Part shown: piece after piece, positions 45,724 to 50,301 of the stretch
Numbering within the stretch: the stretch's first letter is position 1
How the letters are laid out: each line of letters starts with the position of its first letter
From: Candidatus Uhrbacteria bacterium
Lineage (GTDB): Bacteria; Patescibacteriota; Patescibacteriia; UBA9934; GWF2-40-263
Length of the DNA: 50,301 bases
Direction: 5' to 3'
NCBI GenBank assembly: GCA_018700535.1
Contig: JABITQ010000043.1
Span: forward strand, 1-50,301
Notes under the pieces: model-generated
The model's input: only the letters and a program-made list of their open reading frames with translations
Told to the model about the DNA's origin: nothing
Databases searched by the model: none
Translations under genes and position numbers: made by a program

Positions 45724-46878
45724 TTATGACGCAGCATTTACTGGTGCCGCCTCTAGTTGGAGAAGTTCATACAGATACTCAGTTGTCTCTGCGATATCTT
45801 TCCAGTCGTAGGTTTTTGCAATATGGATACGTGCTTCGTCCCCAACGGCCTTTACGAGCTCAGGGCTCTCGAGGAGCATGATGAGCTTTTTGGTTAGGTC
45901 GTCAACGCTTGTGCGTTCAAAGGTGAGTCCATGGTCTTTTGTAAGCTCCATGTTCTCAGGGATATCCGATGAGAGTACACACTTTCCATAACTCATTGCT
46001 TCAAGCACAGCGATTGGCAACCCTTCAGATTCTGATGGGTGTACTGCCGCATAGCTATGGAGGAAGAGTGAGTGGAGCGTGTCGCCAGTTTGGTTACCCG
46101 TCATGACAATACTGTCTTCGTTTGCGCTCATGCTTTTTAGCTCCGCGACATAGTCGTCAGTAAAGGCTGAGCCTCCAACGATCGCAAGCTTCTTGCCTTC
46201 GATAAGCTCGGGGCGTGTGCGCTTTACTTGCTTCCATGCATCGATAAGCACATGAGCACCCTTGTGACGCACGAGGCGCGAACACATCATGAGGTAGTTG
46301 TTTGGTGTTAAACCAAAAGGTGTAATCAGATCAGAGTCAGCATCGGTAAGTGGAACCTGGGTTCCATTCGGGATGTACTTAGTATCTGAGTTGTAAGACA
46401 TACGACAGTATGCCTCGAGTGTTTTTGAAACAGCAATGGTTGCGTCCGGTGCCTTACAAGCAAAACGCTCACCAATGTAAAGTGCAATACGCGCAGGAAG
46501 ACTCCACTTTTGGTGGTGACGATCAATACAATGAAATGTCACAACAACCTTCGCGCTAGGACGCAAGAGTTTTGGCAACCAACTAAGAAGCGCTGGTCCA
46601 ACTCCATGAATATGAAAAACATCTACGCGCTCATGAGCAGCACGAATGATAGAAGTAAATGTATGCGTAATTGCATCAAAATGTTTTGTGACAATGGATC
46701 CAGTCTTAATACAACGCACTCCACGATGGTTGCGGATAGGCCATGTGTACCAAGAACGACAAAATACGAGGACTTCATGTCCACGGTTTGATAACTCGAC
46801 GGAGAGCTCCTCTACATGTCTCTCAATACCTCCAGAACGAGCTGGAATTCCTTTTTGTCCGATCATTGCTATTTTCAT
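45724..46878 (-). CDS. glycosyltransferase family 4
   Basis: MKIAMIGQKGIPARSGGIERHVEELSVELSNRGHEVLVF... and C-terminal PSESEGLPIAVLEAMSYGKCVLSSDIPEN. Confidence 0.9.
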   Translation of the reverse strand: MKIAMIGQKGIPARSGGIERHVEELSVELSNRGHEVLVFCRSWYTWPIRNHRGVRCIKTGSIVTKHFDAITHTFTSIIRAAHERVDVFHIHGVGPALLSWLPKLLRPSAKVVVTFHCIDRHHQKWSLPARIALYIGERFACKAPDATIAVSKTLEAYCRMSYNSDTKYIPNGTQVPLTDADSDLITPFGLTPNNYLMMCSRLVRHKGAHVLIDAWKQVKRTRPELIEGKKLAIVGGSAFTDDYVAELKSMSANEDSIVMTGNQTGDTLHSLFLHSYAAVHPSESEGLPIAVLEAMSYGKCVLSSDIPENMELTKDHGLTFERTSVDDLTKKLIMLLESPELVKAVGDEARIHIAKTYDWKDIAETTEYLYELLQLEAAPVNAAS

Positions 46879-46889
46879 AGTAACGTCGG

Positions 46890-46918
46890 ATACTAGCCTA
46901 AAATCGGCATTTTGTCAA
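46890..46918 (-). promoter_or_regulatory. promoter TTGACA-N17-TAGTAT
   Basis: TTGACAaaatgccgattttaggcTAGTAT on the minus strand. Confidence 0.6.
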
Positions 46919-46928
46919 CCCTAGAGAC

Positions 46929-46953
46929 CAAAAAAAGCCCCGTTTATGGGGCT
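46929..46953 (-). terminator. intrinsic terminator of 46968-48794
   Basis: agcccc/ggggct stem with an A-run and a T-run on either side. Confidence 0.7.
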
Positions 46954-46967
46954 TTTTTAACTAATGT

Positions 46968-48794
46968 TTATTCTACGTTCGCCTTGCCGCTAGCAAGAGA
47001 GTCCGATGGTAAATCAGTTGTGATTTGCGCACCCGACGCTGTGATAATTTCGCCTGTCCGTGCATCGACGGCAGTAAACCGAATGTGGTCGATGAGCGTT
47101 GGTATAGATCCAACCATATCTTCTGTTGGAGTTATGCCTAGCTCGAATGCAACAGCGACGATCTTGCTGGTGGGGGAGAGTGTGCTCTCGATCAGGTCTG
47201 AATCCCAAGAGATGGATTGTGTGTCTGCATTGTATTCAACACCACCATTTTGCGAGACTGTTTGTCTGCCAGTAAAGCGCACACCGGTCGCAAGTTCTCC
47301 TTCGATATGAACAGACTCCAAGTCATTTGTTGTTCCGCTCATGCGCCAGAACATCCAGTACTTCGTTTCAATACCCACACGCGGTGGCAGAGGTCCACGA
47401 CCAAGTTGGTCACCACTTGCTGCAGTGTATCGCCCAAATGACTCCAGTACGATCGGGGAGGTGAGCGGAGTTGTGTGAGGGTTGTTTGTAACAGTAACCC
47501 GCTGACCTGATCCATCGCCTAGCGTGTAGATCGCGACAGATTTTGTGATGACATCTAGGTTGTTGTGCGTGTCAGTCTCGTTTGCACTAATAGAGCTGCG
47601 CAATGGGAGAGAAATTGACACCTCACCAGACTCACCAGGTGCAAGAGATTCGATTGGTTCTGCGTACACTGACTCGCGTACAAACGGAGAAGGTGACTCA
47701 ACGCCGATCACGACATTGCTTACTTCTGTGTCACCGTCGTTCTTGTAAGTAAGTGTGATGTCCATGCTTTCGCCCGGAGTCGCATTCGAATTAGTGATTG
47801 ACTGTGTTGTCTTGATTTGAGGAGGTACAACAGGAGCAGTGTGTGTAAGTGTTTCTTGTTTGTAAGTAAATTCTGTAAATGAGAACGCCGGGTAGAAAAC
47901 AAACGTTACTTCCTCGCCAACATCACCAAGGAAACCTTCAAACGTGAATGCGCCTTCTTCGCCCGCATTAATCGCAGGGAGACTAAAAGTGCTGTTCGAA
48001 TATTTTGAGTCTGTAGATTTAAGGATAAATCCTTCAGGCCATTCAGGTTCAATGCTTACATTTGGAAAGTCGACTTCACCAGTATTTTTATAGCTTACGG
48101 TTCCGCTCACGGGTTGGAACGCGACAAGTTGCTCAGGAAGAGTGAGCTTGAGTACAAGTGTTGAGCTTGAAGGGGAGAATGTGTAGGTGTCAGTTTTAGA
48201 TCCAGCAGAATCGCTTTCTAGGCCATGTACAAAGCGCATGTCAGAAGTAAACGTCTGTTCACCACCAACATCACCAAACATCACCCCACGCACACGAACA
48301 GAGCCAGAATCTCCAACAGGAATATTTCCAAGTGCAATTTCGTCCGTATCAACAGGGTTACCTGCAAGCGTGGCTTCTTGTAGTAAGAAGTGATTCGGGA
48401 AGGTGAGGCTTAGGTGTGCGTTGCGCAATTCTTCTTCTGTGCCATTGGTGTATCGAATGATGAGTGTAGATGCTGCACCTGAAACAACTTCGCGAGGTGC
48501 AACGGTTGCGTCAAAGTAGATCTGCTCCTCAAATGAGGTGGGGGAGTAGAAGGTAAAAAAGAGTGCTGCCGCGCCGAGCGTGAGTGCAATACCAATTAGC
48601 ACGAGATCGATCGAGTAAATAATGCGCGCAAATTTGTAACGATCTTTATATCGCTTGTTAAACCAATGTAGAAAAGGGAACAGCATCATTTTGCCTGGAT
48701 GAACCGAAAGACAAACAGTGCGCCCAATAAGCGAGTCTGGCTTGCCTACGCTGTCGCAGGTGATTCCTTTTTGAATATCGTTTCGTAATGACAT
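46968..48794 (-). CDS. large membrane-anchored surface protein with repeated Ig-like (CARDB/DUF11-like) modules
   Basis: N-terminal TM IIYSIDLVLIGIALTLGAAALFF. Repeated ~100-aa beta-rich modules (..LTYKNDGDTEVSNVVIGV.., ..VSYKNTGEVDFPNVSIEP..). Confidence 0.55.
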   Translation of the reverse strand: MSLRNDIQKGITCDSVGKPDSLIGRTVCLSVHPGKMMLFPFLHWFNKRYKDRYKFARIIYSIDLVLIGIALTLGAAALFFTFYSPTSFEEQIYFDATVAPREVVSGAASTLIIRYTNGTEEELRNAHLSLTFPNHFLLQEATLAGNPVDTDEIALGNIPVGDSGSVRVRGVMFGDVGGEQTFTSDMRFVHGLESDSAGSKTDTYTFSPSSSTLVLKLTLPEQLVAFQPVSGTVSYKNTGEVDFPNVSIEPEWPEGFILKSTDSKYSNSTFSLPAINAGEEGAFTFEGFLGDVGEEVTFVFYPAFSFTEFTYKQETLTHTAPVVPPQIKTTQSITNSNATPGESMDITLTYKNDGDTEVSNVVIGVESPSPFVRESVYAEPIESLAPGESGEVSISLPLRSSISANETDTHNNLDVITKSVAIYTLGDGSGQRVTVTNNPHTTPLTSPIVLESFGRYTAASGDQLGRGPLPPRVGIETKYWMFWRMSGTTNDLESVHIEGELATGVRFTGRQTVSQNGGVEYNADTQSISWDSDLIESTLSPTSKIVAVAFELGITPTEDMVGSIPTLIDHIRFTAVDARTGEIITASGAQITTDLPSDSLASGKANVE

Positions 48795-48809
48795 ATGGGT
48801 AGTGTGGCG

Positions 48810-50301
48810 TTAATAGCTGCTGAGTGTGAATACGTCTGTTGTTAAGCCGATGATTTCTGCAATGCCATCTCCATCAATATCACTTGCAACCACTTCAAGT
48901 CCGCTGCGGTCACCAGTGTCAAAAACTTCAAATTCAGATTTCAGATTTCCGTCACGGTCATAAACACGCGCAATCGATGAACCACCAAGGCCAGGGCCAG
49001 TAACAATGTCGTCGATGCCATCGCCATCCACATCGGCAGACGACACGTTTACACCCCCTCGGAACCCTTCGTCATAAGCAAAGAACCCAGGGTTAATCAG
49101 TGTTCCATCTTTTTTAAATACGCGCACATGCGGACCTCCTGTAAAACCTGCTCCGCAAATAATTTCTTTAATACCATCACCGTTCAGGTCACCAATCGTT
49201 ACGTTTACACCACCACGGAATGAGTCTGCGTAGCCAAAGAACCCTGGATTTATCAGGTTGCCGTCCGCATCAAAGACACGAATATGTGGCCCACCACCGT
49301 TCTCTGTTCCGGTAACAATCTCCACAGTCCCATCATCTTCAATATCTCCAATAGAAATATTGATTCCTTTATCGTAGGTGTCTGTGTAGGGAGCAAATTT
49401 TGCATGGAGAGAATTGTCCGCGTTGTAAATAGAAACAAAAGTGTCTCCTGCCACGACTCGTTCTCGCACACCGTCTCCATCAAGATCATAAGAAACGACC
49501 TGTGTTCCACCCTTTGCAAGGCTTTCATAGGCAAAGAATCCTGTGCGTTTTACAGAACCATCACTTGAAAAGATTCGGGCAAACGCACCGTTTAAGAATG
49601 TTGCATCCAAAATTTCTTCGATTGGGCGAAGTAGGATAATCCCATCCTTAGCTGCAAGGGTGATTTCATAAACGATCGCCCCGTTGTTTACTGTGGGGTC
49701 TTGCTCGCCATGCAGCTTTTCAAACTCTCCATCTAGCTGGACGGTTTGGATGGTGTCTGTCGCGTTTACGATAACCTTCCCTTCTTCAAAATCGCGTTGC
49801 CAGACACCTGTGGTGATATTTGAGTTTTGTGGGTTGAGAGTGTTTTGTAGATCAGTTTTTGGAGCCCCGAGATATACATCGTATTCATCGTAGGTCCAAA
49901 GTTGTGAGTGGTCTTCTGTTCCGTAGTCAAAACCAAAGTATCCGTTTCCAAGAAGTGTGGTGGTAATACCGTAGCGAACTTTTTGGTAGTCGGTTTTGTT
50001 GCCAGTGTTTTCTGTATTGACGTTAATGACTTGAACAGATTCGTACCCAACCTGTTGCTCTAGATCAAGATACTCTTTGGTTTTCTTTTTCCACTGAGTC
50101 ATGCTGTCGTCTGATGAAGGGAATGTTTCGAACATGCGTCCGTTCACAAACGGAGCGAAGCGTTCGTTAGAAGATCCGTTGGTAATCATGATGTAGTCAG
50201 ACCCAATCAAGTCTCGTGTTTCGCGGAACAAATCTTCGTAAGCATCCTCCCAAAGACTGTTTGCTGTGTAGCTTGAATCGTTTTGGTTGTTCATGTCTAC
50301 A
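48810..50301 (-). CDS. FG-GAP/VCBS-repeat surface protein with N-terminal glycoside-hydrolase-like region (5' end probably outside window)
   Basis: Frame stays open to the window edge. C-terminal half carries >=5 repeats of D.DGDG..E...G....GGPHVRVF..DG. The N-terminal assignment is tentative. Confidence 0.7.
   Translation of the reverse strand, partial: VDMNNQNDSSYTANSLWEDAYEDLFRETRDLIGSDYIMITNGSSNERFAPFVNGRMFETFPSSDDSMTQWKKKTKEYLDLEQQVGYESVQVINVNTENTGNKTDYQKVRYGITTTLLGNGYFGFDYGTEDHSQLWTYDEYDVYLGAPKTDLQNTLNPQNSNITTGVWQRDFEEGKVIVNATDTIQTVQLDGEFEKLHGEQDPTVNNGAIVYEITLAAKDGIILLRPIEEILDATFLNGAFARIFSSDGSVKRTGFFAYESLAKGGTQVVSYDLDGDGVRERVVAGDTFVSIYNADNSLHAKFAPYTDTYDKGINISIGDIEDDGTVEIVTGTENGGGPHIRVFDADGNLINPGFFGYADSFRGGVNVTIGDLNGDGIKEIICGAGFTGGPHVRVFKKDGTLINPGFFAYDEGFRGGVNVSSADVDGDGIDDIVTGPGLGGSSIARVYDRDGNLKSEFEVFDTGDRSGLEVVASDIDGDGIAEIIGLTTDVFTLSSY

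Overview
Bacterial chromosomal segment, lineage not assignable from the sequence alone. It is built mostly of short, largely monocistronic units. Many are framed by a very regular promoter (TTGACA(AA)-N17-TAnnnT) and strong hairpin terminators. Recognisable genes: pyruvate kinase 3' end, haloalkane dehalogenase-type hydrolase, ECF sigma factor, HD phosphohydrolase, GIY-YIG protein, tRNA-Asp, TPM-domain protein, a copper module (His/Met-rich small protein, HMA-membrane-cupredoxin fusion, CopA, ABC-2 exporter), pseudouridine synthase, infC-rpmI-rplT, smpB, tmRNA (ssrA), an AI-2E transporter operon ending in a Wzz-like protein, an O-antigen-ligase/GT4 cell-surface cluster, a frameshifted B12-radical-SAM gene, and large CARDB-like and FG-GAP surface proteins. 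Main points of interest: (1) a ~122-nt rod-shaped element in two copies (25.6 kb, abutting the tmRNA 3' end, and 34.4 kb) whose helices differ by compensatory changes while the internal loops stay identical; (2) two ORF-free promoter-to-terminator units (1.6-1.9 kb and 6.9-7.2 kb) and a hairpin-rich trailer behind tRNA-Asp, all candidate ncRNAs of unknown family; (3) a G+C-rich block (31.3-40.2 kb) of four tandem Asp/Cys-rich MopE-type repeat (lipo)proteins, each with its own canonical promoter and long structured leader; (4) paralogous single-pass membrane proteins with an undescribed Cys-rich ectodomain bracketing the translation genes; (5) two conserved-domain ORFs with no canonical start codon, a tRNA 3'-half remnant, long perfect palindromes and apparently leaderless genes. 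No CRISPR array, rRNA, transposase or integrase was seen. All family names come from motif recognition by eye, not from searches.
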